A program made the translations under genes and the position numbers. The notes under the pieces were generated by a model. It was given only the letters and a program-made list of their open reading frames with translations, had not been told where the DNA came from and made no database searches. From Candidatus Sericytochromatia bacterium (GTDB lineage Bacteria; Cyanobacteriota; Sericytochromatia; S15B-MN24; UBA4093): a DNA stretch of 64,000 nucleotides. Where the stretch lies: the NCBI GenBank assembly GCA_036676985.1, contig JAKFBU010000041.1, forward strand, positions 148,167-212,166, read 5' to 3'. Positions 10,368 to 19,958 of this stretch are shown here, piece by piece; the stretch's first letter is position 1, and every line of letters begins with the position of its first letter.

Positions 10368-10667
10368 GTGATGAAGACCGAGCGCTGGAGACTGAAGGTG
10401 GCGGCGAGCCGCTCCATCTGGACCATGCTCTTCGTGGCCCTGTTGACGAGCCCCTTCGGGGGCTACCTGTACATCGGGCACTTCAAGCGCAGTGGGTGGT
10501 TCCTGCTGGTCTTCGCCGTCGCCATGGCCACCGTGGGCCTGAGCATCGACTACCTGGGACTACCCATGTGGGCGGCCGATCTGACGGTGGCGGTGGGCTT
10601 CGCGGGAGCCCTGGCGGATATGGCGCTCATTATTCTGAAAGCGCGGCGCGAGCTGGTTTTGGAATAA
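10368..10667 (+). CDS. Small membrane hypothetical protein
   Basis: ~99 aa with about three hydrophobic segments. Confidence 0.65.
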   Translation: MMKTERWRLKVAASRSIWTMLFVALLTSPFGGYLYIGHFKRSGWFLLVFAVAMATVGLSIDYLGLPMWAADLTVAVGFAGALADMALIILKARRELVLE

Positions 10668-10815
10668 GGAGGACCCCCCGGCCCCCCTCTAGAGGGGGGT
10701 GGGGATCATGGGTGGGTGGACAGCAAGGTGGCTCCAACCGATCAGGGGTGAAGCACCCCCTCCCAATGGCTTCCCCCCTTCTTGAGGGGGGGGGCTAGGG
10801 GGGTCCTCCTTATTC
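10662..10815. repeat. REPIN/MITE-like element with 18-bp perfect terminal inverted repeats
   Basis: GAATAAGGAGGACCCCCC at 10662 and GGGGGGTCCTCCTTATTC ending 10815; each arm carries an internal C-run/G-run hairpin. Confidence 0.8.
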
Positions 10816-10816
10816 T

Positions 10817-11152
10817 TTAACCCTGCAAATGCTCCGTCGCGAACCAGAACAGCTGGCCGCGCAGCTTCTCGTCGATCTCGCGGTACTCGAGGGCCACTCG
10901 GAACAAACCCTCGACCGGCTGCACCCGGATGACCCGGGCCGTGAAGAGTTGCTCGCCCTCTTCGCCCATGTTCACGGAGACCCGCACCTGGCCGCCCTCG
11001 GGCAGCGACTCGCGCGAGAGCACCAACGCCCCGCCGCCCGACACGTTCTCGAACTGGCCCATGACCGGGGGCGCATACGCCCCCGCCGACTCGACCTCCA
11101 GCGTGCAGGGCAAGTGCGACTCACCCCGCGCAAAGACACGCCGCTCGTCCAT
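10817..11152 (-). CDS. PilZ-domain protein
   Basis: RxxxR (ERRVFAR) and NxSxxG (NVSGGG) motifs, ARVIRV. Confidence 0.8.
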   Translation of the reverse strand: MDERRVFARGESHLPCTLEVESAGAYAPPVMGQFENVSGGGALVLSRESLPEGGQVRVSVNMGEEGEQLFTARVIRVQPVEGLFRVALEYREIDEKLRGQLFWFATEHLQG

Positions 11153-11199
11153 CCGACGCTCCTCTAACTAGCAGCCGACAGGCTCAGCCTACCACGCCC

Positions 11200-12606
11200 C
11201 TACCGGCCGCGGCGAGACGGCCCCTGACCGGGCTTGCGACCAGGTCCCTGGCCCGGCCGCTGGGCAGGACCCTGCCCAGGCTTCTTGGCCGGTCCCTGAC
11301 CGGACTTCTTGGCGGGCCCGGTCGTCGCCTTCTGGGCTGCCTTCGGAGCCGGACCAGCGGCGGCCGCCTTGCGGGGTGCCGCCGGAGCGGCCTTGCGGGC
11401 AGCCCCCTGAGCCGGACGCTGAGCCGCCCCCGGACCACCCGCCGAGGGGCGGCGGGGCGCCACCGTGGCGATCTTGCGCGGCAGGGGATCGACCACCAGG
11501 CCGCGCAAGGGCCTGAAGGTCACGAGCTTCTGGATGGCCTGGAGCGCCCGCAGCTCGCTGGGCGCCACGAGCGTCAGGGCCATGCCCTCGCGGCCCGCCC
11601 GGCCCGTGCGGCCCGTGCGGTGGACGAAGGTCTCGACGGTGGTGGGCACCGTGTAGTTGACCACGTGGGTCACGCCCGGCACGTCGATGCCGCGCGCTGC
11701 GAGGTCCGTCGCGATGAGCAGGGGCAGGTCGCCCGTCCGGAACGCCTCCAGGATGCGGCTGCGCTTGGCCTGCGAGAGCTCGCCCGACAGGTACTCGTTC
11801 TCGAAGCCGAGCGTGCTCAGCTGATCGGCCAGCCACTCGGTCTCGATACGCGTGCGCGCGAAGACCATGGCCATGAAGGGCTTTTCCTTCTTGAGCCAGG
11901 ACACGAGCGCCGCCAGGCGCGTCTCGTCCTCGACCTCGAGCATGAAGTGGTCGATCTCGGAGGGCGTCTCGGGGGCCTTCTCCACCTTGAGGCGGTGCGG
12001 CTTGTTCAGGGCCGCGTCCGCGAGCCGCTGCACCGCCGCCGGCATGGTGGCCGAGAAGAGCATGGTCTGGCGCGCGTCGGGCATGCGCTCCACGAGTTTC
12101 ATGAGCTCCTGCTCGAAGCCCTTGGCGAGGATCTCGTCGGCCTCGTCCAGGACAAGCGCCTTCACGTGCTTGAGGTTGAGGGCGCCGCGCTCCAAGAGGT
12201 CCACCAGGCGGCCCGGCGTGCCCACGACGATGTGCGCGCCCTTCTTGAGCTGGGAGATTTGCTTGTCGAGGCTCTCGCCGCCCGGCACCGCCACGATCGA
12301 GCGCTCCATGGTCCCCGAGACGCTCACGAGCTCCTGGCGGATCTGCTTGGCGAGCTCGCGGGTGGGCGCGATGACCAGCGAGGTCGGCGCCCGCTCGTCC
12401 ACGGGCTCCCGCTTGAGCAGGGGCAGCCCGAAGGCCAGCGTCTTGCCCGAGCCCGTCTGGGCCTGCACGATGAGGTCACGGCCCTTGCCCACCTCGGGGA
12501 TGACGAGGGACTGGATGGGCGTCGGCTCCTTGAAGCCGCGACGCTTGAGGCCGGCGAGCAGCTCGTCGGGCAGATCGAATTCATGGAAGGTCGGAGCGTG
12601 AGTCAT
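11200..12606 (-). CDS. DEAD-box RNA helicase
   Basis: Q motif, AQTGSGKT, PTRELA, TPGR, DEAD, SAT, ARGID, HRTGRTGR. Confidence 0.96.
   Translation of the reverse strand: MTHAPTFHEFDLPDELLAGLKRRGFKEPTPIQSLVIPEVGKGRDLIVQAQTGSGKTLAFGLPLLKREPVDERAPTSLVIAPTRELAKQIRQELVSVSGTMERSIVAVPGGESLDKQISQLKKGAHIVVGTPGRLVDLLERGALNLKHVKALVLDEADEILAKGFEQELMKLVERMPDARQTMLFSATMPAAVQRLADAALNKPHRLKVEKAPETPSEIDHFMLEVEDETRLAALVSWLKKEKPFMAMVFARTRIETEWLADQLSTLGFENEYLSGELSQAKRSRILEAFRTGDLPLLIATDLAARGIDVPGVTHVVNYTVPTTVETFVHRTGRTGRAGREGMALTLVAPSELRALQAIQKLVTFRPLRGLVVDPLPRKIATVAPRRPSAGGPGAAQRPAQGAARKAAPAAPRKAAAAGPAPKAAQKATTGPAKKSGQGPAKKPGQGPAQRPGQGPGRKPGQGPSRRGR
11203..11330 (-). repeat. Coding tandem repeats (GQGP-x-K/R-K/R-P) in helicase C-terminal tail
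   Basis: GQGPAKKP GQGPAQRP GQGPGRKP GQGPSRRG. Confidence 0.7.
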
Positions 12607-12789
12607 CGGGGCCTCTTATGGTTGCGGGGAACGCCCCCATTCTAACCCTTGAGCCCCCGACAAAACCAGGCATGTGTCGCGGGTGGCCGCCCTGCGGCCA
12701 GAAGGAACAGTCTTGTCGGGCGCTCTTGCGTCCTTGCGGGCGCCTGATCGCCCGTGTAACATGAAGCTTTCCCCCCTCAAGAGGCATGC

Positions 12790-14109
12790 ATGGCTGATAT
12801 CCGAACCTTCCGCGGCGTGCGCTACCATCCCGCCAAGGCCCGAAAGCTCTCCGAGGTCGTCTGTCCGCCGTACGACGCGATGGGCCCCAAGGAGCTCTAC
12901 CGCTACTACCTGCGCCACCCCTACAACGCCGTCCGGCTGGAGCTCGGCCAGGTGAACCCCGGCGACACCGCCCAGGACAACCGCGCCACCCGCGCGGCCG
13001 CCACCTGGGCCGAGTGGCTGCGGGACGGGGTCCTGCGCCACGACGAGATCCCCGGCCTCTACGTCTACGAGCAGGAGTTCAACGGCGGCTCCGAGGGCCC
13101 GGGACGGGTGCGCCGCGGCTTCTTCGCCCTCATGGGGCTGGAGAGCGCCGCGCGCAAGGTCGTCTTCCCGATCCAGGACGCCGACGCCGACCGGGTCGCC
13201 GACCGCCTGGCCCTCGTCGCGGCCGCCCACGTCAACACCAGCCCGGTGGTGGCCCTCTACGAGGATCCCGACCAGGACGTCGCCGAGCTGCTCATGGAGG
13301 TCACGGACGAGCCGCCCTTCCAGACGTTCACCGACGAGTTCGGCGAAGAGCACCGCCTCTGGCGGGTCATCGACCCGGCCGTGTACGGGCGGATCCTCGA
13401 GGGCTTCGGCGATCGCTCCCTCTACCTGCTCGAGGGCGCGAGCCGCTACCAGGCGGCACTTGCCCACCGCGACCACCTCAACCGCCAGGGCGCCGATCCG
13501 GTCAACGGCCTGCACAACTTCATCCTGGCCCTCTTGGTGGACGTGGAGGACCCGGGGCTCTGCCTCACGCCCGTGCACCGGCTGGTGAAGGCCCAGGTGC
13601 CCAAGGACTTCCTGGAGCGCCTCGCCGAGCGCTTCACGATCGTCAAGCGGACCGTACACCCCGACCTGCCCTTCCCGGACCAGGTCGAGACATTGCTGGC
13701 CGAGCACGACGCCCCGGGCATGCTCGGGATGGTGCTCGCCAACGAGCTCGCCTACTACACGCTCGAGCCGAAGCGGGAGTCCCTGCCCGACCTCATGCAC
13801 CTCGGCCATGCGGCCGAGTGGGAGAAGCTGGACGTCACGGTGCTGCATGAGGTGATCCTCAAAGGCCACCTAGGACTAGCGGACGAGGCGGGCAAGGTCA
13901 CCTACGCCCGGGACCACCGCGAGGTGCTCGTGGGCCTCGGCTCCGGGCAGTTCGACCTGGCCTTCTTCCTGCACGCCCCGGAGCTCGACGCCATGACGGC
14001 GATCGCCCGGCAACTCGACACCCTCCCTGATCACACCGCCGACCTCTACCCGCAGGTCCCCGCGGGCCTCGTGTTCAACACGCTCGAAGGAACGGTAGAG
14101 CAACCATGA
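12790..14109 (+). CDS. DUF1015 family protein
   Basis: MADIRTFRGVRY..VVCPPYD, HPYNAVRL, C-terminal LYPQVPAGLVF pattern. Confidence 0.8.
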   Translation: MADIRTFRGVRYHPAKARKLSEVVCPPYDAMGPKELYRYYLRHPYNAVRLELGQVNPGDTAQDNRATRAAATWAEWLRDGVLRHDEIPGLYVYEQEFNGGSEGPGRVRRGFFALMGLESAARKVVFPIQDADADRVADRLALVAAAHVNTSPVVALYEDPDQDVAELLMEVTDEPPFQTFTDEFGEEHRLWRVIDPAVYGRILEGFGDRSLYLLEGASRYQAALAHRDHLNRQGADPVNGLHNFILALLVDVEDPGLCLTPVHRLVKAQVPKDFLERLAERFTIVKRTVHPDLPFPDQVETLLAEHDAPGMLGMVLANELAYYTLEPKRESLPDLMHLGHAAEWEKLDVTVLHEVILKGHLGLADEAGKVTYARDHREVLVGLGSGQFDLAFFLHAPELDAMTAIARQLDTLPDHTADLYPQVPAGLVFNTLEGTVEQP

Positions 14110-15302
14110 CCCAGACCGCCGAAGGCTTCAAGGTACAGTTCAAGCGCAACCGCGACGCGCGGGTGCTCTCCGGTCACCCCTGGGTGTTCTCGGGCGAGGT
14201 CCTCGAGAAGCCGCCCGCCGAGGCCGACGGCCAGATCGTCAGCGTCTACGACGCCCGGGGCCGGTGGGTGGGCCAGGGCTACTGCAACACCCAGTCCAAC
14301 ATCCTGGTGCGCATCCTGAGCCGCGTGCGCGGCGAGGTGATCGACCGCGCGTGGTGGCAGCGGCGGCTCGCGGAGGCCATCGACCTGCGCCAGGACTACG
14401 TCTCGGGCACCGACGCCTACCGGCTCATCAACGCGGAGTCCGACGGGGTGCCCGGCCTGGTCGTCGATCGCTACGGGGACTACCTCTCTATCCAGGTGCT
14501 CGCCCTGGGCATCGAGACGCGGCGCGACGAGCTCGTCGCGATCCTCGCGGAGCTCGTGGGCCCCAAAGGCATCTACGAGCGCAGCGACGTGCCGGTTCGC
14601 CGGCTCGAGGGGCTCGAGCAGCGCACGGGCGTGGTCTGGGGCGCGGAGCCGCCCCAGGACCTCGTCATCCACGAGGGTCCCTACCAGCTCCACGTAGACA
14701 TCACGTCGGGGCAGAAGACGGGCTTCTTCCTGGACCAGCGGCCCAACCGGCTGCAGGTGGGGGAGCTCAGCAAGGGCAAGCGGGTCCTCAACTGCTTCAG
14801 CTACTCGGGCGGCTTCACCATGGCCGCGGCCCTCGGCGGGGCGAGCGAGGTCGTGAGCGTCGACATCTCCGCGGACGCGGTCGCGCTCGGCGAGGCCAAC
14901 GCGCGTCTCAACGGGGTCGAGGACCGCTGCAAGTGGGTGGCGGCGAACGCCTTCGACTTCCTGCGCGAGCAGGAGAAGGCGGGCGAGCTGTACGACGTCG
15001 TGATCCTGGACCCGCCCGCCTTCACCAAGACCAAGGAGTCCATCCCGGGCGCGGTGCGCGGCTACAAGGAGATCAACCTGCGGGGCATCCGGCTGCTCAA
15101 GCCGGGCGGCCTCCTCGTGAGCGCCTCGTGCTCGCACCACATGGATCCCACGCTCTTCGTGAACGTGATCCAGGAAGCCGCGACGGACTCGGGCAAGCGC
15201 CTGCGCATGCTGCAGCTGGCGGGCGCCGGCATGGATCATCCCACCTTGCCCGCCGCCTCGGAGACGAACTACCTCAAGTGCTTCTACGGCACCGTGCATT
15301 AA
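14106..15302 (+). CDS. rlmI: RlmI-like 23S rRNA C5-cytosine methyltransferase (PUA + SAM domain)
   Basis: GHPWVF, ESDGVPGLVVDRYG, GQKTGFFLDQR, LNCFSYSGGF, LDPPAF, ASCS, YLK. Confidence 0.88.
   Translation: MTQTAEGFKVQFKRNRDARVLSGHPWVFSGEVLEKPPAEADGQIVSVYDARGRWVGQGYCNTQSNILVRILSRVRGEVIDRAWWQRRLAEAIDLRQDYVSGTDAYRLINAESDGVPGLVVDRYGDYLSIQVLALGIETRRDELVAILAELVGPKGIYERSDVPVRRLEGLEQRTGVVWGAEPPQDLVIHEGPYQLHVDITSGQKTGFFLDQRPNRLQVGELSKGKRVLNCFSYSGGFTMAAALGGASEVVSVDISADAVALGEANARLNGVEDRCKWVAANAFDFLREQEKAGELYDVVILDPPAFTKTKESIPGAVRGYKEINLRGIRLLKPGGLLVSASCSHHMDPTLFVNVIQEAATDSGKRLRMLQLAGAGMDHPTLPAASETNYLKCFYGTVH
15277..15298 (+). repeat. attL core
   Basis: AGTGCTTCTACGGCACCGTGCA, identical to 28421-28442. 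Confidence 0.93.
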
Positions 15303-15373
15303 CTTGTACAGTGTTAGCCCCCGTTAGCTGATCCTTGCGAAATCAGGCTCTTCCGCCTATTCTGACTTGTAGC

Positions 15374-15438
15374 TTCCTACTCCAGTTTTGTTGGTTTTTG
15401 TTCTCGAAAGTAGGAATGCAGTAGGAATAGCGTAGGAA
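15374..15438. promoter_or_regulatory. Putative integrase arm-type sites (left)
   Basis: GTAGGAA at 15410, 15421, 15432 (11-bp period) plus inverted TTCCTAC at 15374. Confidence 0.7.
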
Positions 15439-15453
15439 CGGGGGCAAAGCACC

Positions 15454-16734
15454 ATGCTTGATGGCGGCCGCAAGTTCAAGTTCAGCAAACCCACCCTGGA
15501 GGCCCTTCCGCTACCGGAGCCGGGCAAGAAGGTCCGGTATCGCGACACGAAGGTGAACGGCTTGGCCGTACTCGTGACGGGCAACGGCTCGAAGGCCTTC
15601 TATCTGTATCGTCGCTACCAGGGCAAGCTCTACGAGAAGCAGATCGGTACGTGCGATGACCTGAGCGTGGAACAAGCAAGGCGCAAGGCCGAGGAGTGGA
15701 TCGGCCAACTCACCCGCGGCCAGGAGCCTGGGCAGGTGAAGCGCAAGAAGGACCCGACGTTCGCGGAGCTGTTCGAGTGGTTCATGGAGATCCACGGGCG
15801 CAAGGCCAAGGATGGAGGCGCCCGGCGCCGCATGCAATTTGGTTACTTAGAGCCCCTGGCGAGAAAGCAAGCGATCAAGGTGTCGCGTTCCGACGTGATC
15901 ACTCTGCAAGAGCGAATAACCGAAGAAGTAGGGGCACCGACGGCAAACCGAGCGGTCGGACTGATGCGTGCCGTCTACAACCAGGCGATCGACCGCGAGG
16001 CCTTCAACATCACGACCAACCCGGCCAAGAAGATCGCGAAGGCCGATGAGGGCCGAGGGCGGGAGCGGCGGCTTGAGCATCGCGAGATAGGCCCCTTCCT
16101 CGACGCGGCAGACGCCGAGCCTGTCCCGGATATCAAGGACCTCATCCTGGTGGCCCTCTTCACGGGTGCCCGTCGGTCCAACGTGCTTGGGATGCGCTGG
16201 GACCAAATCGATCCCCTCACCCAGGCGTGGACCATCCCTGACGAGGATTTCAAGACGGGCGAAGCTCATATCGTGCCGCTACCCAAGCTAGTGCAAGGGA
16301 TCCTGGAGGCACGCCGCACGTCGGCAACTGGCACCCTGGTTTTTCCAGGCAAGGGCCAGGATGGCAAGCGGACCTCCCCCTACCACAGCCTCAAGCGCCT
16401 GCTAGATCGGGCGGGCATCCAGGGCTTCACCTTCCATGACCTGCGCCGGACGTGCGCGACCTACATGGGCGAGGCGGGCGTGGACCAGTACCTCATCAAG
16501 CGGGTACTGGGCCACACGGTGGCGGATGTGACCGGCATCTACAACCGTCCGGGACTGGAAGCCCGGCGAGAGGCGCTTGAGAAGGGAATCGCGCTGATGC
16601 TGGATAAGGCCGGACGGCCCCGTCGGGACGACGGCACGTACCCCCTGCGCCATGATGAGCACGCAAGCTCGGCGCCGAGGATCAGCAAGCCTCCAAGCAA
16701 AAACAACCTAAAACCAAGGAAAGAAGCGGGATAG
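15454..16734 (+). CDS. int: Tyrosine recombinase/integrase with N-terminal arm-binding domain (P4-like)
   Basis: YRDTKVNGL..V..NGSKAF arm domain; TGARRSN (R), HDLRRT, LGH, GIYN (Y). Confidence 0.95.
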   Translation: MLDGGRKFKFSKPTLEALPLPEPGKKVRYRDTKVNGLAVLVTGNGSKAFYLYRRYQGKLYEKQIGTCDDLSVEQARRKAEEWIGQLTRGQEPGQVKRKKDPTFAELFEWFMEIHGRKAKDGGARRRMQFGYLEPLARKQAIKVSRSDVITLQERITEEVGAPTANRAVGLMRAVYNQAIDREAFNITTNPAKKIAKADEGRGRERRLEHREIGPFLDAADAEPVPDIKDLILVALFTGARRSNVLGMRWDQIDPLTQAWTIPDEDFKTGEAHIVPLPKLVQGILEARRTSATGTLVFPGKGQDGKRTSPYHSLKRLLDRAGIQGFTFHDLRRTCATYMGEAGVDQYLIKRVLGHTVADVTGIYNRPGLEARREALEKGIALMLDKAGRPRRDDGTYPLRHDEHASSAPRISKPPSKNNLKPRKEAG

Positions 16735-17093
16735 GATACCCAACGAACCGTAACGCTAAACCGGCCGATTACGCACCTTGTGGACAACCCTATCCTGGCT
16801 GTAACCTTGTAGAACAAAGAGAGGCAATCCCCCACGCCCTAGGAAAGCAAAGGGATTGCCTCGTTCACCCGCTATCAAGCCTCTGGACAAGGCTCGATAG
16901 GCGCTTTCGAACTCCAGGCCGAATCCGTGGACAGGACCAGGCCAGGAGCCGATCTCTAACTCTACGCGGCCAGTGGCAATTTGCCAACCCGCCATATGTT
17001 CGAGTGTCGATGGTGCCGATCGTGGGCGGGGATCCAAGTGCGGATCCCCGCTATCCTTTCCGAGCTTGAAGCTACAGGAAAGGATAGTTGACG

Positions 17094-17285
17094 ATGAAAA
17101 CCCTGACCACGAAGGAAGCGGCGGCCTTCCTCGGCATTTCCGAGTGGACCCTGCACACCTGGCGCAGCACGCGCCGCGTTGAGATCCCCTACCTCAAGAT
17201 CGGGCGAGTCGTGCGCTATCGCCTGGAGGACCTGGAAACCTTCAAGGAGCGTTCCTTGGTTTCCTGGGGATCCGCTGATGAGTAG
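17094..17285 (+). CDS. Excisionase-like HTH DNA-binding protein
   Basis: LTTKEAAAFLGISEWTLHTWR..IPYLKIGRVVRYRLEDL. Confidence 0.88.
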   Translation: MKTLTTKEAAAFLGISEWTLHTWRSTRRVEIPYLKIGRVVRYRLEDLETFKERSLVSWGSADE

Positions 17286-18429
17286 CCCCCGACGACAGAG
17301 CCCCCCCAACCCTGCCAGGTTGAAGGGGCGAGAATTAAGGCGACAAGGCCATTTTACCCTGACTCCCCAGGAAGTGAAAGCGCGTGCTCGTGGCCGTTGG
17401 CTGCTCATCCTCTCGGCCTTAGCCCCTTCGCTCGATGCGGCGATCGCACGCCCCGGCCACCATGTCGCCTGCCCCGGCCACGGCGGCAAGGATGGTTTCC
17501 GAGTGTTCCGAGACGCGGCCGAGACGGGCGGCGGGTGCTGCAACACGTGCGGCAAGTTCGCCGACGGATTGGCGCTGCTGATGTGGGCGAACGGCTGGAC
17601 GTTCCAGGTCGCGCTCCGGGAGGTTGCTGCCTGCGTGGGCATGATCTCGGAGGCCCCCATGGGCTCCTGGAAGGCCACTTCCCTGCCGACCCCCATCATC
17701 CGCACCCCCGTGCGCCGAGAGTGGGCGCGTCAGGCCTTGGAGAAGGTCTGGAGGGCGTCCCTTCCCGGCGACCATCCCGAGGCAGAACCCATGCGGCTCT
17801 ACCTGGCGGGGCGGGGCCTGGGGGCGATCCCTATCCCCTCGGCGCTACGTTATCATCCGGCTCTCCCCTACCACTACGAAGGGCAGCTCATCGGAACCTA
17901 CCCGGCCATGCTCGCCCTGATGGTCGATGCGGATGGCAAACCCGTGTCCGTGCATCGCACCTACTTGGGTCAGGATGGCCGTAAAGCGGCTCCCGAGTGG
18001 AAGGGGGAGCTGCTGGATTCCCGAAAGCTTATGAGCCCTACCATCGAGGGCAACACTCGTGGCGGAGCCATCCGCCTGTTCGAGGCTGGCGCGGTGCTCG
18101 CCGTTGCCGAGGGCATCGAGACGGCGCTCGCCTACCACCTACTTACCGGGCTCCCGACATGGGCGGCGGTGTCCGCCCAGGGGCTCGAAGCCTTGGCGGT
18201 CCCCGAAAAAGTAGAGACGGCGGTCATCGCCTGCGACCTGGATGCGCCCCGCAAAACGCCCAAGGGTTTGAAGTGTGCTGGCCAGGAGGCTGCGATCGAA
18301 CTGGCCCGGAGGCTCAAGGCCGAGGGGCGCGCCTACCGATTCGACCTCCCCCCTGACCTCAACCCCGGCGGTAACACGGACTGGAACGACGTTTTGACGC
18401 AGCAAGGGGGGATGAACCATGCCAGCTAA
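17278..18429 (+). CDS. Primase (P4-alpha-like Zn-binding domain + Toprim)
   Basis: HVACPGHGGKDGFR..CCNTCG..DG Zn domain; VHRTYL, GGAIRL, AEGIETAL, ACDLD, DWND. Confidence 0.88.
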   Translation: MSSPRRQSPPNPARLKGRELRRQGHFTLTPQEVKARARGRWLLILSALAPSLDAAIARPGHHVACPGHGGKDGFRVFRDAAETGGGCCNTCGKFADGLALLMWANGWTFQVALREVAACVGMISEAPMGSWKATSLPTPIIRTPVRREWARQALEKVWRASLPGDHPEAEPMRLYLAGRGLGAIPIPSALRYHPALPYHYEGQLIGTYPAMLALMVDADGKPVSVHRTYLGQDGRKAAPEWKGELLDSRKLMSPTIEGNTRGGAIRLFEAGAVLAVAEGIETALAYHLLTGLPTWAAVSAQGLEALAVPEKVETAVIACDLDAPRKTPKGLKCAGQEAAIELARRLKAEGRAYRFDLPPDLNPGGNTDWNDVLTQQGGMNHAS

Positions 18430-19738
18430 GTACGCGACGCATGAACAGTTGGAGGCGGCGGTCGATGACCTGGCCGCCTCCGAAGAGAAGGCGATCGAAG
18501 AGTGGCCTAAGCTTCCCGACGCGGCCCTGTACGGGGTGATCGGTGATCTGGTGGAACTGGCTACCCGTGATAGCGAGGCGGACCCTGCCGCCGTCCTGAT
18601 GACCTCGTTAGCTACGGCAGGGGCGATCATCGGCGCCGGTCCCTACGTCTTGGTTGGCGAGACGAAGCATCCGGCGCGGGCCTTCACCGTCCTGGTCGGT
18701 GCCTCCTCTCGCGCTCGTAAAGGCACCTCCGGCCATCCCGTGCGGCGTATCTTTCGCGCCGCAGAAGAGCAACTCAAGAAAGAAGGAGCGCTTGTTGATG
18801 CCCTCGTCGAGAGCCACGGCCCCCTCTCCACGGGCGAGGGCCTGATCTACGCCGTGCGCGACCCGTCCGAGAAGGCGGACGAGGACGGCAAGCCGGTAGA
18901 TGAAGGCGTAGTCGATAAGCGCCTCTTGGTGAGTGAGGGGGAGTTCGGCGCCCCACTGCGGGCGGCCCAGCGCGAGGGCAACACCCTGTCCGCGATCCTG
19001 CGGATGGCGTGGGATTCTGGCGACATCGCCCCCATGACCAAGAGCAACCGAATCAAGGCGACCGGCGCTCACGTCTGCGTGGTGGGGCACATCACCCGCA
19101 TGGAGCTAGGAGAGCTGCTGGAAACCTCGGACATCTGGAACGGGCTCGCCAACCGCATCCTGTGGGCCTGCGTGCGGCGCAACAAGCTTACCCCGTTCCC
19201 GCGCCCCATGGACGATGCCGAGGTAGCGGCCATCGCCGCTCGTCTCGCCTCTGCCATTCGTCGCGCGTGGGGCGTCGGAATGGTCCTTTTCGATGATACG
19301 TCGGTGAGGATCTGGCAGCGGCTCTACCGCAAGCTGAGCGCCGACAAGCCGGGGGTGTTCGGCGCCGTGACGGCCCGAGCGGAGGCCCATGTGATCCGCC
19401 TATCCCTACTGTTCTGCCTCTTGGACGAGGAAGCGACCGTGCGCCGCCAGCACCTGAAGGCAGCCCTTGCCGTATGGCAATTCTGCGAGGCGTCCGCGAT
19501 GGCCATCTTCGGGGATGCGACCGCGGACCCCGAAGCGAACCGAGTGCTGGAGTTCCTGTCCACGGGCGAGAAAACGCAAACCGAACTCCGCGACCTGTTC
19601 GGTCGGAACCTGTCAGGCGATCGCCTGGCCTCGATCCTCTCGGAGTTGCAGGCCGTGGGACGAATCGAGCAGCGCAAGGAGAAGGGGAGGGGGCGCCCCG
19701 TCACCATGTGGTTCCTGAACCCCAACTTCCAGCAGTAG
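18419..19738 (+). CDS. DUF3987/YfjI-like replication (helicase-like) protein
   Basis: SEADP, VGASSRARKGTS P-loop-like, LSTGEGLI, LRMAWD, NGLANR; overlaps primase stop. Confidence 0.75.
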   Translation: MPAKYATHEQLEAAVDDLAASEEKAIEEWPKLPDAALYGVIGDLVELATRDSEADPAAVLMTSLATAGAIIGAGPYVLVGETKHPARAFTVLVGASSRARKGTSGHPVRRIFRAAEEQLKKEGALVDALVESHGPLSTGEGLIYAVRDPSEKADEDGKPVDEGVVDKRLLVSEGEFGAPLRAAQREGNTLSAILRMAWDSGDIAPMTKSNRIKATGAHVCVVGHITRMELGELLETSDIWNGLANRILWACVRRNKLTPFPRPMDDAEVAAIAARLASAIRRAWGVGMVLFDDTSVRIWQRLYRKLSADKPGVFGAVTARAEAHVIRLSLLFCLLDEEATVRRQHLKAALAVWQFCEASAMAIFGDATADPEANRVLEFLSTGEKTQTELRDLFGRNLSGDRLASILSELQAVGRIEQRKEKGRGRPVTMWFLNPNFQQ

Positions 19739-19935
19739 CTACGACAAAAACGATTTTACCGACTAAAGCCCATCCATGCGGGTTTGAGGCCCCGACAAAG
19801 TTACGCAAAAAGTACGACTTAAGCCCCCGCCCGTATCGCGCCCTGACTTAAGTCGTACTTTTCGTCGTAGTTACTGAACACCCTCAAACCCACTCGTAGA
19901 GCCTTTTCTCGCTTATGTCGTTTATATCGTAACCA
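19737..19935. repeat. Origin-like array of ACGAC/ACGAA repeats with 16-bp inverted repeat
   Basis: AAAAGTACGACTTAAG (19808-19823) / CTTAAGTCGTACTTTT (19847-19862), flanked by degenerate copies in mirrored orientation. Confidence 0.65.
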
Positions 19936-19958
19936 GGAGCAAGAAAGCGAGTGAAAAC

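Noticed and set aside
12656-12720. Possible riboswitch between the DEAD-box helicase and DUF1015 genes
   Set aside because: Only a short CCCGACAA/TTGTCGGG pairing; no recognisable aptamer consensus
15277-15298. tRNA at the integration site
   Set aside because: The repeat is the rlmI coding 3' end; no cloverleaf or T-loop sequence nearby
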